Shown here in pieces: positions 28,498 through 39,117 of a stretch of DNA of 64,000 nucleotides. Position 1 is the stretch's first letter; each line of letters begins with the position of its first letter. A program made the position numbers and the translations under genes. The notes below the pieces were generated by a model. That model was not told the origin of the DNA. It did not search any database and saw only the letters and a program-made list of their open reading frames with translations. Location of the stretch: positions 64,001-128,000 of the forward strand of contig JBGANV010000005.1 of the NCBI GenBank assembly GCA_044222185.1, read 5' to 3'. The stretch is from Planctomycetota bacterium. GTDB lineage: Bacteria; Planctomycetota; GCA-002687715; CAIWVZ01.

Positions 28498-31470
28498 GTG
28501 GACGATCAGGAGGAACAGGACGAACGGGCCGATGCGGACTCGCGGGATCCGAGCGTGCGGGAGGCCTTCCTGCTACGCGTCCTGCTCGACATCCACGATG
28601 GAACGGTCAAGCCGCTCTATCGCTACATGCTGGACTTCCCGGGCGACCCGGCAGGGGTGTTCGAGGAGTATCGCGATCTCCTGAACCAGGGCGCGATCTC
28701 CGAGACGGCCGACACGACTCTCGCCTCCGGGTCGGACCCGGCCGAGCACATTGCAAACTACCGCATCATCCGCGAACTCGGACGCGGCGGTCAGGGGACG
28801 GTCTTCCTCGCCGACGATCTGAGGTTGGGCAAGAAGGTCGCGCTGAAGGTTCTCAACCGAGACCACTGGGTGTCCCCTGCCGCCGCCGAACGGTTCCGGC
28901 GAGAGGCGACGATCGCGTCGAGGCTGGAGCACCCCGGCATCTGCCCGGTCTACAACGTCGGCGTCCACAATGGCGTCTCGTTCATCGCCATGCGCTACAT
29001 CGACGGCGAGCCGCTCTCCCACCGGATCGCAACGACGCGGGAGCGAGCGTCCCCGGAGAGCACGATCGTCCTGGTTGAGCTGGACGAGGTCTACACCCCT
29101 GTGACCGAAGTCGCGGCGAACGAACCCGCTCGCAGAGACCCACCCGCGACTCCAGACGACATCGACCGCGTGCTGCTCTTCATCGAACAGGCGGCCCGAG
29201 CCCTCCATGCCGCACACGAGAGTGGTGTCATCCATCGAGACGTGAAGCCGCGGAACATCATGGTGACGAAGGCGGGACATCCAGTGATTCTCGACTTCGG
29301 GCTCGCGCAGGACGTCGAGGGCGATCTCTCGACGCTCACGCAGTCCGGCGAGTTGTTCGGCACACCGTCCTACATGTCACCAGAGCAGTTGCGCCCGGCA
29401 CCGAACAAACTTGACAGGCGCACCGACATCTGGTCGCTCGGCGTCACCCTGTTTGAGTGTTTGTCGCTCAAGATGCCGTTCGACGCACCGACCCGGGACG
29501 GGATCTACCAAGCCATCCAATCGCAGGATCCTCCGGACCTGCGCAGGCTGAATCGGAACGTCTCGCGCGACCTCCGCATCGTCGTTGCGACGGCCCTCGC
29601 GAGGGACCGCGGCCACCGCTACCAGACCGCCGCGGCACTCGCCGAGGACTTGCGCCGAGTGCGGATGCGCGAGCCGATCCGGGCGAAGCCAGTCAGCCCG
29701 ATCGTCCGGCTGCTCCGATGGGGCCAGCGCAATCCCGCTCTTGCGGCCGCGCTGGCAGGACTCTTCGGTGTGCTCGCGGCCGGACTTGCGACCAGTCTGT
29801 ACTTCCTGCGCGCCGCAAGGGCGGCCCTTAACGACTACGACCGCCTTGGTGCGTTGCCGACCCTACAGCGGCTGACGAAGGAAGCAGAGAGTCTCTGGCC
29901 AGCCGAGCCGAGCATGGTGAAGGCGATGGAGCATTGGATCGACCAGGCGGACGCTTTGGTGAAGCAATTGCCGGAGCTTCGGACTGTACTGACTACGCTT
30001 CAAGGTTCGGAAAACGTCGCGCCGTACACTGACGCCGACCGCGAGGCTGACATAGATGCGAATACCGCACAGCATGAGGAGGAGCTTTCTATCGCCCGTC
30101 AACGGCGGGCGCTGCTTGCCGATGCAATTCGCACCGCTGAGTCCCGATCTGTGGGTCAGCCTGCGCCAATCTCGAGCTCGGCTCCAGCCTCAAGACCAAT
30201 TGCACAGCTGGACCCGGGCAAGATCCCAGGAATGCGCGCCCGCATGGCGGATCTCGACGCCGCCATCGCAGGGCTCGACGCCAAGCGCCATGCACGGCGC
30301 ACGTGGAAGTTCACAGGCGACGCGAAGGGGGCTGACCAATTCCGCCACGACACGCTCGCAGACATCGTGCGCGGGCTGAGCACGTTTGCCGAAGAGGACC
30401 CAACGCATGGTGTACTGGCGAACGTGCGTGATCGACTGACATTCGCGAACAAAGTCCGTCACGCGACGATCGACAGTTACCAAGCCAAGTGGCAACTGGC
30501 GAAGGCCGCCATCGCGGCCGAGCCAAAATACCACCGCCTCGAGATAACGGAGCAGCTTGGCTTGATCCCGATCGGGCCCGACCCGCAATCTGGCCTTTGG
30601 GAGTTCGCTCACCTTCGAACGACGACGCCGGGCGTCGATCCGGTCCCGGAACGCGGAGGAGATGGGCGGCTCATCATCACCGAGGACACAGGCATACTCT
30701 TCGTCCTACTACCCGGTGGCACGTTTCGGATGGGGGCGCGGCGAGTCGACCCGAACGACAAGGGGATGCACTCGACCGATCCAAATGTCGACCCGGAAGC
30801 GGCGGAAGGTGAAGCGCCGATCCGAGATGTAAGGCTCGAGCCCTTCTTCCTCTCAAAATACGAGATGACGCAGGGCCAATGGCTACGCGTCGTCGGGCAC
30901 AATCCAAGCATCAACCAGCCCTACAAGATGCTACTTGGCAGGGTCACAGACTTGCGCAACCCCATCGAACAAGTCAGCTGGGACGAATGCGACGTCTGGA
31001 TGTCACGACTATCCCTTCTGCTCCCAACGGAGGCGCAATGGGAGTACGCTGCACGGGGGGGGACAACGACGCCCCGGTGGACGGGAGCCACGGTCGAAGG
31101 CCTTGCGGCGGCGGCGAACGTTGCCGACATGAGCGTGATTCCTCCGGCCACGAACTGGGCACACGAAACCTGGAACGACGGTTTCGCCATCGACGCCCCT
31201 GTCGGCTCGTTCGCGCCGAATGCGTTCGGGCTCCATGATGTGCTGGGAAACGTCTTCGAGTGGTGCCGGGATTGGTGGGCTGGATACGAGGTGCTCCCTC
31301 GGCCAGGTGACGGACTGCGACAGCCGGTCGATCGGCGTATCCGCGTCGGACGCGGCGGCTGTTTCGCGAGCGGCGCTGCGTGGGCGCGTTCGGCGGCGCG
31401 GCTGGGCGACACGCCTGACCGAAAGAGCGACCTCGTCGGTGTACGACCCGCCAGGAGTGTCTTTCCGTAG
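28498..31470 (+). CDS. Membrane Ser/Thr kinase with C-terminal FGE-sulfatase domain (STK2)
   Basis: GRGGQGTVF, HRDVKPRN, DFG, GTPSYMSPE; TM; SKYEMTQGQW, LPTEAQWEYAARGG, PNAFGLHDVLGNVFEWC, RGG, GVRPAR; GTG start 28498. Confidence 0.93.
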   Translation: MDDQEEQDERADADSRDPSVREAFLLRVLLDIHDGTVKPLYRYMLDFPGDPAGVFEEYRDLLNQGAISETADTTLASGSDPAEHIANYRIIRELGRGGQGTVFLADDLRLGKKVALKVLNRDHWVSPAAAERFRREATIASRLEHPGICPVYNVGVHNGVSFIAMRYIDGEPLSHRIATTRERASPESTIVLVELDEVYTPVTEVAANEPARRDPPATPDDIDRVLLFIEQAARALHAAHESGVIHRDVKPRNIMVTKAGHPVILDFGLAQDVEGDLSTLTQSGELFGTPSYMSPEQLRPAPNKLDRRTDIWSLGVTLFECLSLKMPFDAPTRDGIYQAIQSQDPPDLRRLNRNVSRDLRIVVATALARDRGHRYQTAAALAEDLRRVRMREPIRAKPVSPIVRLLRWGQRNPALAAALAGLFGVLAAGLATSLYFLRAARAALNDYDRLGALPTLQRLTKEAESLWPAEPSMVKAMEHWIDQADALVKQLPELRTVLTTLQGSENVAPYTDADREADIDANTAQHEEELSIARQRRALLADAIRTAESRSVGQPAPISSSAPASRPIAQLDPGKIPGMRARMADLDAAIAGLDAKRHARRTWKFTGDAKGADQFRHDTLADIVRGLSTFAEEDPTHGVLANVRDRLTFANKVRHATIDSYQAKWQLAKAAIAAEPKYHRLEITEQLGLIPIGPDPQSGLWEFAHLRTTTPGVDPVPERGGDGRLIITEDTGILFVLLPGGTFRMGARRVDPNDKGMHSTDPNVDPEAAEGEAPIRDVRLEPFFLSKYEMTQGQWLRVVGHNPSINQPYKMLLGRVTDLRNPIEQVSWDECDVWMSRLSLLLPTEAQWEYAARGGTTTPRWTGATVEGLAAAANVADMSVIPPATNWAHETWNDGFAIDAPVGSFAPNAFGLHDVLGNVFEWCRDWWAGYEVLPRPGDGLRQPVDRRIRVGRGGCFASGAAWARSAARLGDTPDRKSDLVGVRPARSVFP

Positions 31471-31845
31471 CGAGCGAGCCCCGAGCCTATGGGTAGGTTC
31501 CATTCAGGGTGGGTCGTCGAACACGTTGGGCTCGTTCCGTATCAAACCGCCGTTGCGAAGACCCCGTCGGCCCGAAGCGTCGTCACCGACCCCCATCCAA
31601 GAGTCCTTTGGACTCGATGCCGCCGGCACTCGGCGAAGCATCGATGTCGGTCTCGTTCGATGTGACGGACCGTCGATCGCGAGGCGGTCATGCGATTATG
31701 GCGCGCACGGGCTTTCTCCGACTCCTGCCGACCTCACGGCTCGAACATCGCCATTGGCCTCAGCGCCACGGGGTTTGCAGAGTTTCGGAGCCGCGCGTCG
31801 GTGGCAACGGACTATTGAACGTCTCGACACCGGTGTTCCGGTGGG

Positions 31846-33140
31846 TGTCAAGGTAGTTGTCCCCTGAACTGAGTGACTGAGATGGTGTTCGAGGCGGCCC
31901 TTGGTGGCGACGCCGGCGTGGTCGCGATCGCCGAGTTGGTTGGTTCGTGCGCGATTGTGGAAAACCGACGCGATAGGAAGCCCCAGGATCGATCCGGATG
32001 GGTTGCCTCGACCCCCGGGACCCTTGGGACGGCGGACGTGGTAGGTCTGACGGAACCGCGGGTCATGTCACGTGCTCCGCGGTGGTGGCGGCGGGATTGA
32101 GCGCGACCTCCTCGACGGGCGACCAGTTGCGTGTGGATTTCGACCAGCGCTCCGGACGTCGAGCCCGGGCGCGCGCGTAGACGTCTGCACGCCGGGCGAG
32201 AACCTCGCGATCGTGGCCAGCGTGGCGTTCTGGTGGGGTCACGAAGCGAATGTTGCCGTGAAAGTGCTTGGTGTTGTACCAGTGCACGAAGCGCGTGATG
32301 AACGCCTCGGCTTGATCGCGTGACTCGAACGGACGGTCGGGATACTCGGGCCGATACTTGAGCGTCCGAAAGAGGCTCTCGATGAACGGGTTGTCGTCGC
32401 TCACGTGAGGCCGGCTGAACGACATCGCGACACCGAGCAACTCGACGAGAGCCTTGAACGTGCCGCACTTCATCGGCGCACCGTTGTCCTGATGGAGGAC
32501 AACCTGATCGCGCTGCACGCCCTCGCGGCGGCATGCAGCCGTGATGAGCTCCGCTCCGTGCTCGCCAGACTCCTCGTCGTGCACGGCCCAGCCGACGATC
32601 TTCCGGCTATAGACGTCGAGCACGAGATGGAGATAGAAGTAGACGCCCTTCACCAACGAGAGCAGGTAGGTGATGTCCCACGTCCACACCTGGTTCGGCT
32701 TCGTGGCCCGAAGCTCGCGCGGCCGCGCGTGTGCAGCCGGGGACGAGCGCTCGCGGTGGTGCACTTGGCTTTCCGCGCGCAGGACGCGGTAAAAGCTCGA
32801 CTCGGAGGCGACGTAGCGGCCCTCGTCGGCCAGCTTTGGCACGATCTGCTTGGGAGAGAGGTCGCGGTGCTCGGGGAGGTTCGCGATCTCGACGATCTTC
32901 TTCCGCTCTTGCTCCGTGAGCTTGTTCTTTGGCGCCGACTGTGGACCGGTTCGAAGGTCGTCGCCGATTCCCGCCTTCTTCCAACGCTGAAGAGCTCGAG
33001 GGCTGATGTCGAGCTGCTCGCACGCCTTGTCCTGGCGGGCACCGCTCTCGACGGCCTCGTGGACCAGGCCCAAGATCACGTCTCGCTCCGACGCGGAGTG
33101 CTCTCGTCCCCGACCCACCAAAGCAGCTTCTCCGCTTTTC
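31846..33140 (-). mobile_element. IS3-family remnant (OrfB integrase and right end; OrfA mostly missing)
   Basis: DDE transposase within ORF 32063..33397 (WTWDITYL, DVYSRKIVGW, HQDNG, SDDNPFIESLFRTLKY, WYN); TG-starting end tgtcaaggtagttgtc at 31846. Confidence 0.85.
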
Positions 33141-33383
33141 GGGCGGACTTCACAACCCGGAGCTCCCGGCCAGAAGTGACGAGTAGCCGAGGATCTGCGG
33201 AGCACGCGGCGCAATGAGACCCGATCGCGGCGCGACATTCGCGATTCTTGGTGTCCCCTCGAGTAGCGCCACGCCAAGCCCCTTGTGTCGTGACCACTGT
33301 CGGGCGCCAGGCGAAGTCGTCTCGCCCCGATAGACGCGTCTCGGCGGAGGACAGCCGTCCGTCCATCGGCACCGAGGCCCACC

Positions 33384-36317
33384 ATGCCTGGAAACAATCA
33401 AGCACTGTCTGGAGCGATGACAATTGTGCACCGCCTTGCGAATCTGCGCATCGGCGTCCGGACGCAACGGCGACCCCACTCGACGGCACTCGCACTCATG
33501 GTCTCGGGGTTGCTGTTGTCGGCATCTGCCGTGGCGCAGTGCCTGGGATCGACATCGGTACTGACGCTCAATCAGGCTCAGGCCATCAGCCCGGCGTCCA
33601 ACGGTGCGCGGTGTTTCACGCTCCAGGCGTACAGTCCGGGGACATGGAACGCGGTCGCCGTCGTCGCGCAGACCGCAAGCTCGCCAACCACCGACTGGGA
33701 TATCGCCGTCGGCCCAGCCACATCAATCATGGGTGGAAGCGCCTGTGATTACGTAATCAGCAACGGCCACTCGTGTGTCCCGCAGACCGTGGACGGCGTT
33801 CTCAGCCGATTTGCAGGTGCTGCTGGCGGCTATGCGCGTCACGTTCACTCCGGTACGTCGCTGACCCTTGGGATGACCAGCTCGCTCACCTGGAGCGGGC
33901 TGGGATCGGGAGGCTCCGCCGCTGGTCAGACAATCCTGCGACTGTTCGAGTTCGACGTCACCCAGGTCGGTCTGTACACGGTGACGATGGGCTCGACGGC
34001 GCCTCTCCGTTGGAGGTTGCACGTGCCTGCGACGAGTGCAGCATGGCAGAGTCGAGACACCGCACACTCCTCCGGAAGCACGGTTACGAACCCGGTCACG
34101 GTGACTCTGGGAACGCTGGGACGGCACGTGATCGCCGTGTTTCAGGACCGTCCGGCAGCGTCGCAGTCGAATGCGGCCTACACTCTCCGCGTCGACCTCG
34201 CCGGATTCATGCCAACGACAGCCACGGGGGTAACGCCCTCGACGAGCACCGCCGGTGCGCCCGACCAGACAATTGTGGTCGCTGGGACCGGGTTTGTCTC
34301 GGGCACGTACCTCGAGTTCAGCATGGGCTCCGCAAGCCTCACCATCGCCGCGACATGTCTGGACCCGATGCACCTCTTGGCGGTGATTCCGGGATCGTCT
34401 CTCGGGACCGCAGGATATGCACTCATCCGCACCGTGAACCCCGGAACGCAGCCCTCAGCATGGCTGTGGCTCACGATCAACAACCCGCCGCCGGTCTTGG
34501 AGGCGATCACGCCGTCGTCTGTAGCGGTCGGCTTTTCGGCCGTGACAGTTCAGCTCACGGGCACCGGTTTCTTGCCCGGTTCGCTCGTTGCGGTCGACGG
34601 CATGCTGCGGCCGAGCGCCTACGTAAGTCCGACGCGGATCGATGTTGTGGTCCCAGCCGCCGTTCGGACCTACGGGCATGTCGTTCCGATCACCGTTTCC
34701 AACCTGGCGCCAGGCGGGGGCGAGAGCGTGGAACTCGACTTCACCGTCCTGAACGCTGCGCCTCAGATCGCGAGCGCGGTGCCGACATGGCTGGTCGCGG
34801 GCTCGAACGATACCTGGGTAACGTTGTTTGGCTGCGGACTCCTCTACGGATCGTCCGTGACCTGTGACGCATCGCCTCGGACCGCCGACTTCATTTCGCT
34901 GAATCAGATGAGCGTGCTACTCATGGCGGCCGACCTGCAAACTGCCGGCGTCAGGACGCTCGCCATCTCAACCCCGGGACCGGGTGGCGGCTCGGCCACC
35001 ATCAACCTCGAAGTTCGCAACCCGCTCCCGAACCCAACCAGCGTCACCCCCTCCTGCGTCACTGCCACCGGGACCGCGACCACCGTGACCGTCAACGGCG
35101 TGGGTTTCGTGCCGACAACCGCAGTCCGCGTGAATGGCCAGCTCGTCCCTTCGGCGATCACGAGCACCGGCCTCCAAGTCACGCTCCCGGGCGCGATGAC
35201 TGGCACCGTCGGAGCGTTGTGGATCGAAGCGACGAATCCGGGCCCGGGCGGAGGCACGGGGTACGACACGGTGCGCGTGGCGGTCACCGCACAACCCACG
35301 GTTGCGGATGCGTCACCCACGTTTGCAACTGCCGGCGACAACACCGTCGTTGTCATCCTCACCGGCACGAACCTGAGTTTCATGACCGTGGTCGATGCGA
35401 TCGACGCGACGGGTACCCGCCCCCTCTTCACCGAGTATTTGTCTCAGAACACGATCCGAGTCACGATCCCCGGGACGTTGCTCGCCGCAGCGGGTTCGCT
35501 GGGCCTGCAGGCCCGACAGGATTCTCCATTCGATTGCGCGACCTCGCCGTCGAGCCCAATCATGTTCGAGGTCCGGGGGCCGCACATCCTGGCGGTTCAG
35601 CCCGCCGCCCACGTTCCGATTTCGGCAGGCCTCGCACCAGTCGATGTGTACCTGCTTGGCTGGGGCTTCCGTCCGGGCGCCGCCGGGTTCGGCATCGCTC
35701 TCGACAGTACACTCGTCACGACGGCCAACCCCGTTCCGGGGGTCGCGATCATCGATGCCCAGCCGACGTTCGTCCACCTGCTGCTCGATGCGGCGTTCGC
35801 CCGGGCAACGCAGGCCGGCGGGCTCCCGCTCGTCATCCTGAATGGCGCGCTGGCCCCGTCCAACAGCGTTGCAATCGCGCTCGAACCGCAGGGGCTGCAC
35901 TTCAGCAATGGCGGGACCGTCCGAAGCGATCCGGTGGTAGCCCCGGCCGGAGCGACTCGGACCGTCGTGATCGAAGGCGTGCCGCCGGGGCAGCCCTTCA
36001 CGCTCATAGCCCTCGCGAATCCGGCGACAGTCCTCGTCCCCGATCCCCTGAATGCCAGCGCGGCCTTCCAGGTGCGTGCGTTCGGTCCGGCCACCGTGCC
36101 ACTCTGCGACGGACTGGGCGTGTTCGGCCCGCCGACACCGAGTTGCGCTACGACCTCCGGCACCTTCGCGACGCCCCCTGGCGGGGTTTGGATGAGCGCT
36201 GAGATGAGCCTGCCGAATCTACCACCCGGTACCGCGGTCGCGTTCCAGGCGTTGGTTCAGGACCCGCTCGCGCCGCTCGGCGTGCGGCTGACTTGGCCCC
36301 TGGACCTGACCTATTGA
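33384..36317 (+). CDS. Secreted IPT/TIG-repeat protein with C-terminal Pro/Gly-rich domain
   Basis: Signal peptide ending AVAQC; repeated (G)TGF.....V...G / NP.PGGG Ig-like units; true start may be 33417 or 33498. Confidence 0.85.
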   Translation: MPGNNQALSGAMTIVHRLANLRIGVRTQRRPHSTALALMVSGLLLSASAVAQCLGSTSVLTLNQAQAISPASNGARCFTLQAYSPGTWNAVAVVAQTASSPTTDWDIAVGPATSIMGGSACDYVISNGHSCVPQTVDGVLSRFAGAAGGYARHVHSGTSLTLGMTSSLTWSGLGSGGSAAGQTILRLFEFDVTQVGLYTVTMGSTAPLRWRLHVPATSAAWQSRDTAHSSGSTVTNPVTVTLGTLGRHVIAVFQDRPAASQSNAAYTLRVDLAGFMPTTATGVTPSTSTAGAPDQTIVVAGTGFVSGTYLEFSMGSASLTIAATCLDPMHLLAVIPGSSLGTAGYALIRTVNPGTQPSAWLWLTINNPPPVLEAITPSSVAVGFSAVTVQLTGTGFLPGSLVAVDGMLRPSAYVSPTRIDVVVPAAVRTYGHVVPITVSNLAPGGGESVELDFTVLNAAPQIASAVPTWLVAGSNDTWVTLFGCGLLYGSSVTCDASPRTADFISLNQMSVLLMAADLQTAGVRTLAISTPGPGGGSATINLEVRNPLPNPTSVTPSCVTATGTATTVTVNGVGFVPTTAVRVNGQLVPSAITSTGLQVTLPGAMTGTVGALWIEATNPGPGGGTGYDTVRVAVTAQPTVADASPTFATAGDNTVVVILTGTNLSFMTVVDAIDATGTRPLFTEYLSQNTIRVTIPGTLLAAAGSLGLQARQDSPFDCATSPSSPIMFEVRGPHILAVQPAAHVPISAGLAPVDVYLLGWGFRPGAAGFGIALDSTLVTTANPVPGVAIIDAQPTFVHLLLDAAFARATQAGGLPLVILNGALAPSNSVAIALEPQGLHFSNGGTVRSDPVVAPAGATRTVVIEGVPPGQPFTLIALANPATVLVPDPLNASAAFQVRAFGPATVPLCDGLGVFGPPTPSCATTSGTFATPPGGVWMSAEMSLPNLPPGTAVAFQALVQDPLAPLGVRLTWPLDLTY

Positions 36318-36473
36318 TCGACACCTCTGGTCAGACCATGCCGCCGCGGGACATCCCGGCTGCCTACCTCTCCGAAGAGCCGGGCCGCGCCGGCCAGCCT
36401 CTTCCACGCGCCAAGGCCGTCACGGATTATCCGCTGAACCCCTACCGGGCCAGCGACCTTTGAGCCCACCGAC

Positions 36474-37076
36474 ATGCAAGACGACGACGCCATCGCTCAG
36501 CCGCCTAGCTCCGAAACCAACCTCGCCGCCCGAGCGGCGGCAAGCGATCCTTCTCGGTTCGTAGCGCTCTGCTCGCGGGTAACCCCGCGGCTCGCCGTCT
36601 GGGCTGCGCTGCGCACCAAGGGGCTCACGCATTTCACCGCCGACGACCTGGTTCAGGAAGTCTGGTATCGGTGCCTTCAGCTCTTCTCTCGCTGGGACCG
36701 CGAGAGGCCGTTCGTGCCCTGGTTGTTTGGGATTGCGCGCAATGTGCACCTCGAATTGCTGCGTGCCGGCAGGCACCGCGAGTACCGCAGCCTCGAACCC
36801 AGCGACATCGCGCCACAGGTGGTCGCCGAGACCGCGACCAGTCTGGGATCTCGGCTAGCCCGCGACGAGGACCTTCGCCACTTTGCCTCGACGCTCGCTG
36901 AACTGGACCTGGCCGAGGAAGACCGCCGCATTCTTCTCTTCTATCTCGAAGGTCTCGAGGATTCCGAGATCGCCGATCGCATGAACATCAGTAGCGACGC
37001 CGCCAAGAAACGGCGTCAGCGCAACGTGATGCCGCACATCCGCGATGCCGCACGAGGCGTGGATCTGGACCTCTAG
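36474..37076 (+). CDS. ECF sigma factor, no anti-sigma gene; ISL3 lies directly downstream
   Basis: ADDLVQEVW, PFVPWLFGIARN, EEDRRILLFYLEGLEDSEIADRM. Confidence 0.9.
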   Translation: MQDDDAIAQPPSSETNLAARAAASDPSRFVALCSRVTPRLAVWAALRTKGLTHFTADDLVQEVWYRCLQLFSRWDRERPFVPWLFGIARNVHLELLRAGRHREYRSLEPSDIAPQVVAETATSLGSRLARDEDLRHFASTLAELDLAEEDRRILLFYLEGLEDSEIADRMNISSDAAKKRRQRNVMPHIRDAARGVDLDL

Positions 37077-37125
37077 CCAGACTCGACGGCGGCGCGAACC
37101 TGGCGGCATGACCCCAAATTCGTGG

Positions 37126-38484
37126 GGGCATCGCCCTTTCGTGTGGGTAGCGCGTGAATTCGGCTGGCCGCGCGGGTCCCCCGCGGGAGCCAAGGGTGTC
37201 GGCCCCGGCGAGTACTGTTGGAGGCATGCAAGGACGCGACATCTTCAGCCAGATTCTTGGCATCCGCCATCCCTGGATGGTCGTCGACGTGACGACTGAC
37301 CCCTCGAAGCAGGAGGTGACGATCCTCGTCGAACACAAGGAGGACGCCGCTTTCCACTGCATGGCCTGTGGGAAGGAGTGTACGCGCTACGACAGCCGGC
37401 GTCGACGGTGGAGACACCTCGACACGTGCCAGTACAAGACGATCGTGGTCGCCGACGTCCCACGGATCGAGTGCCCTGAGCACGGAGTCCAGCAGGTGCC
37501 GGTTGCCTGGGCCGAGACGAACTCGCGGTTCACGGGCCTCTTCGAGGCGCTCGCGATCAACTGGCTCAAGGAAGGGAGCATCCAGGCGGTCACCCGACTG
37601 ATGCACCTGACCTGGAAGGAAGTCGACGGAATCATGCTGCGCGCCGTCGTCCGGGGACTCGGACGGCGGGAGCTCACAGCCCCCGAGAGAATGGGCGTCG
37701 ACGAGACTTCGTTCCAGAAGCGCCACGAGTACGTCAATGTGGTGACCGACGTCGACGGGTCGAAGGTGCTGTACGTCGCGGACGACCGGAAGGCCGAGAG
37801 CCTGGCTGCTTTCTACAGGCAACTCACGCCGGCGCAGCGAAAGCAGATCTTCGTCGTCGCGATGGACATGCATCAGCCGTACATCTCGGCGACCGAGGAG
37901 GCGATCCCGGACGCGGACCGGAAGATCGCCTTCGACAAGTTCCACGTCGCGAAGCACCTCGGTGACGCCGTGGACAAAGTCCGACGAGAGGAACACGCGA
38001 AGCTCATGGCGGAGGACGACTGGACCCTCAAGCACTCGAAGCACCTGTGGCTCCAGAACCCCGAGAACATGGACGAGACGATGTGGGACTCGACGTTCAA
38101 GATCCTTCGAGAGTCGAGCCTTCAGACATCGCGGGCGTGGGCGATCAAGGAACTCGCGATGTCGCTATGGGGCTACGCGAGCCGAGGCTGGGCGATGAAG
38201 GCGTGGAAGAAGTGGATTGCCTGGGCGAGGCGGTGTCACCTCGAGCCCATGAAGAAGGTGGCAGCGATGGTGCACGACCACCTCAAGGGGATCGTCAACG
38301 CCATCGTCCTCCGCGCCACCAACGCCGCCGCCGAGTCGATCAACTCGAAGATCCAGAAGGTCAAGCGGATGGCCTGCGGCTTCCGCAACCGAGAGCGCTT
38401 CCGCAACGCGATCTACTTCCACCTCGGCGGCCTCGATCTCTACCCTGCCTCAGCCCTGGCTACCCACACGAATGGTTGAAGCCC
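37126..38484 (+). mobile_element. ISL3-family insertion sequence
   Basis: Terminal inverted repeats gggcatcgccctttcgtgtgggtag and ctacccacacgaatggttgaagccc (21/25 match); no flanking target duplication seen. Confidence 0.92.
37226..38479 (+). CDS. ISL3 family transposase
   Basis: Zinc finger CMAC...CPEHG, GVDETS, AMDM, FDKFHV, TNAAAESINSKIQKVKRMACGFRN. Confidence 0.95.
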   Translation: MQGRDIFSQILGIRHPWMVVDVTTDPSKQEVTILVEHKEDAAFHCMACGKECTRYDSRRRRWRHLDTCQYKTIVVADVPRIECPEHGVQQVPVAWAETNSRFTGLFEALAINWLKEGSIQAVTRLMHLTWKEVDGIMLRAVVRGLGRRELTAPERMGVDETSFQKRHEYVNVVTDVDGSKVLYVADDRKAESLAAFYRQLTPAQRKQIFVVAMDMHQPYISATEEAIPDADRKIAFDKFHVAKHLGDAVDKVRREEHAKLMAEDDWTLKHSKHLWLQNPENMDETMWDSTFKILRESSLQTSRAWAIKELAMSLWGYASRGWAMKAWKKWIAWARRCHLEPMKKVAAMVHDHLKGIVNAIVLRATNAAAESINSKIQKVKRMACGFRNRERFRNAIYFHLGGLDLYPASALATHTNG

Positions 38485-38485
38485 C

Positions 38486-39045
38486 TTTTTTTGGATTTCG
38501 ATGATCGCCTCGGCCTGGGCGAGCTTCCTCTTGAGTCGCTCGTTCTCGCGCTGCAGTCGCTCGTTCTCACGATCCGCCGCAGTGATCACTGCGGCCTTTG
38601 GGCCGCGCGGCTTCGGCGTGAGCGCGCCCAGGCTGCCTTGATCTCGAGCCTTTCGCCAGCGTGCCAGGCACGAGCTGTAGAGTCCTTCTCGACGAAGCAA
38701 CGCCCCGATCTCGCCAGGTCCGCACGCATCGATGGCTCGCAGCACGCGCAGCTTCTCCGCTGCCGTCCAGGATCGCCGCCGCCGGGTCACCAACACTTCA
38801 GGATCAGGTCGCGAATGGAAAGACGCTTGAACGAGCCCGGCGCCGGTGGGGTCTCCTCCGCTCCGCTCGCCTTCGCTTCGCTCGGCATCGCTCCGCTCCG
38901 GAGACCCCACCGGCGCCGGGCTCCGCGACCCCACCGGCGCCGGGCTCCGCGTTCGATTCCCTACACGCGTTGTCATGGGCTGGTACCTGCCTCGCCCTCT
39001 ACCTTGATCTTCAGGGGGGGCAGCTGTCTCAGCCACATTGGCACA
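38486..39045 (-). mobile_element. IS3-family remnant (left end and OrfA), truncated by ISL3 at the A7G frameshift motif
   Basis: RRRSWTAAEKLRVL...GEIGALLRREGLYSS...ENERLKRKLAQAEAIIEIQKK; caaaaaaagg abuts the ISL3 end; left end tgtgccaatgtggctgagaca near 39045. Confidence 0.82.
38833..38950. repeat. 24-bp tandem duplication plus inverted copy in the IS3 OrfA 5' region
   Basis: gaccccaccggcgccgggctccgc at 38903-38926 and 38927-38950; inverted copy gagcccggcgccggtggggtctcc at 38833-38856. Confidence 0.9.
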
Positions 39046-39117
39046 GAGGGTAGGTGGCCTGTTCGCGTCGCGTCAACTTAGAGTCCTCCACCATCGACAG
39101 GGCTCGCGCGTCGATCG

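Noticed and set aside
33279-33302. Possible inverted IS3 left end (ccccttgtgtcgtgaccactgtc) pointing into the IPT gene
   Set aside because: Only 9/16 identity to the end at 31846; cannot be supported without an IS database comparison
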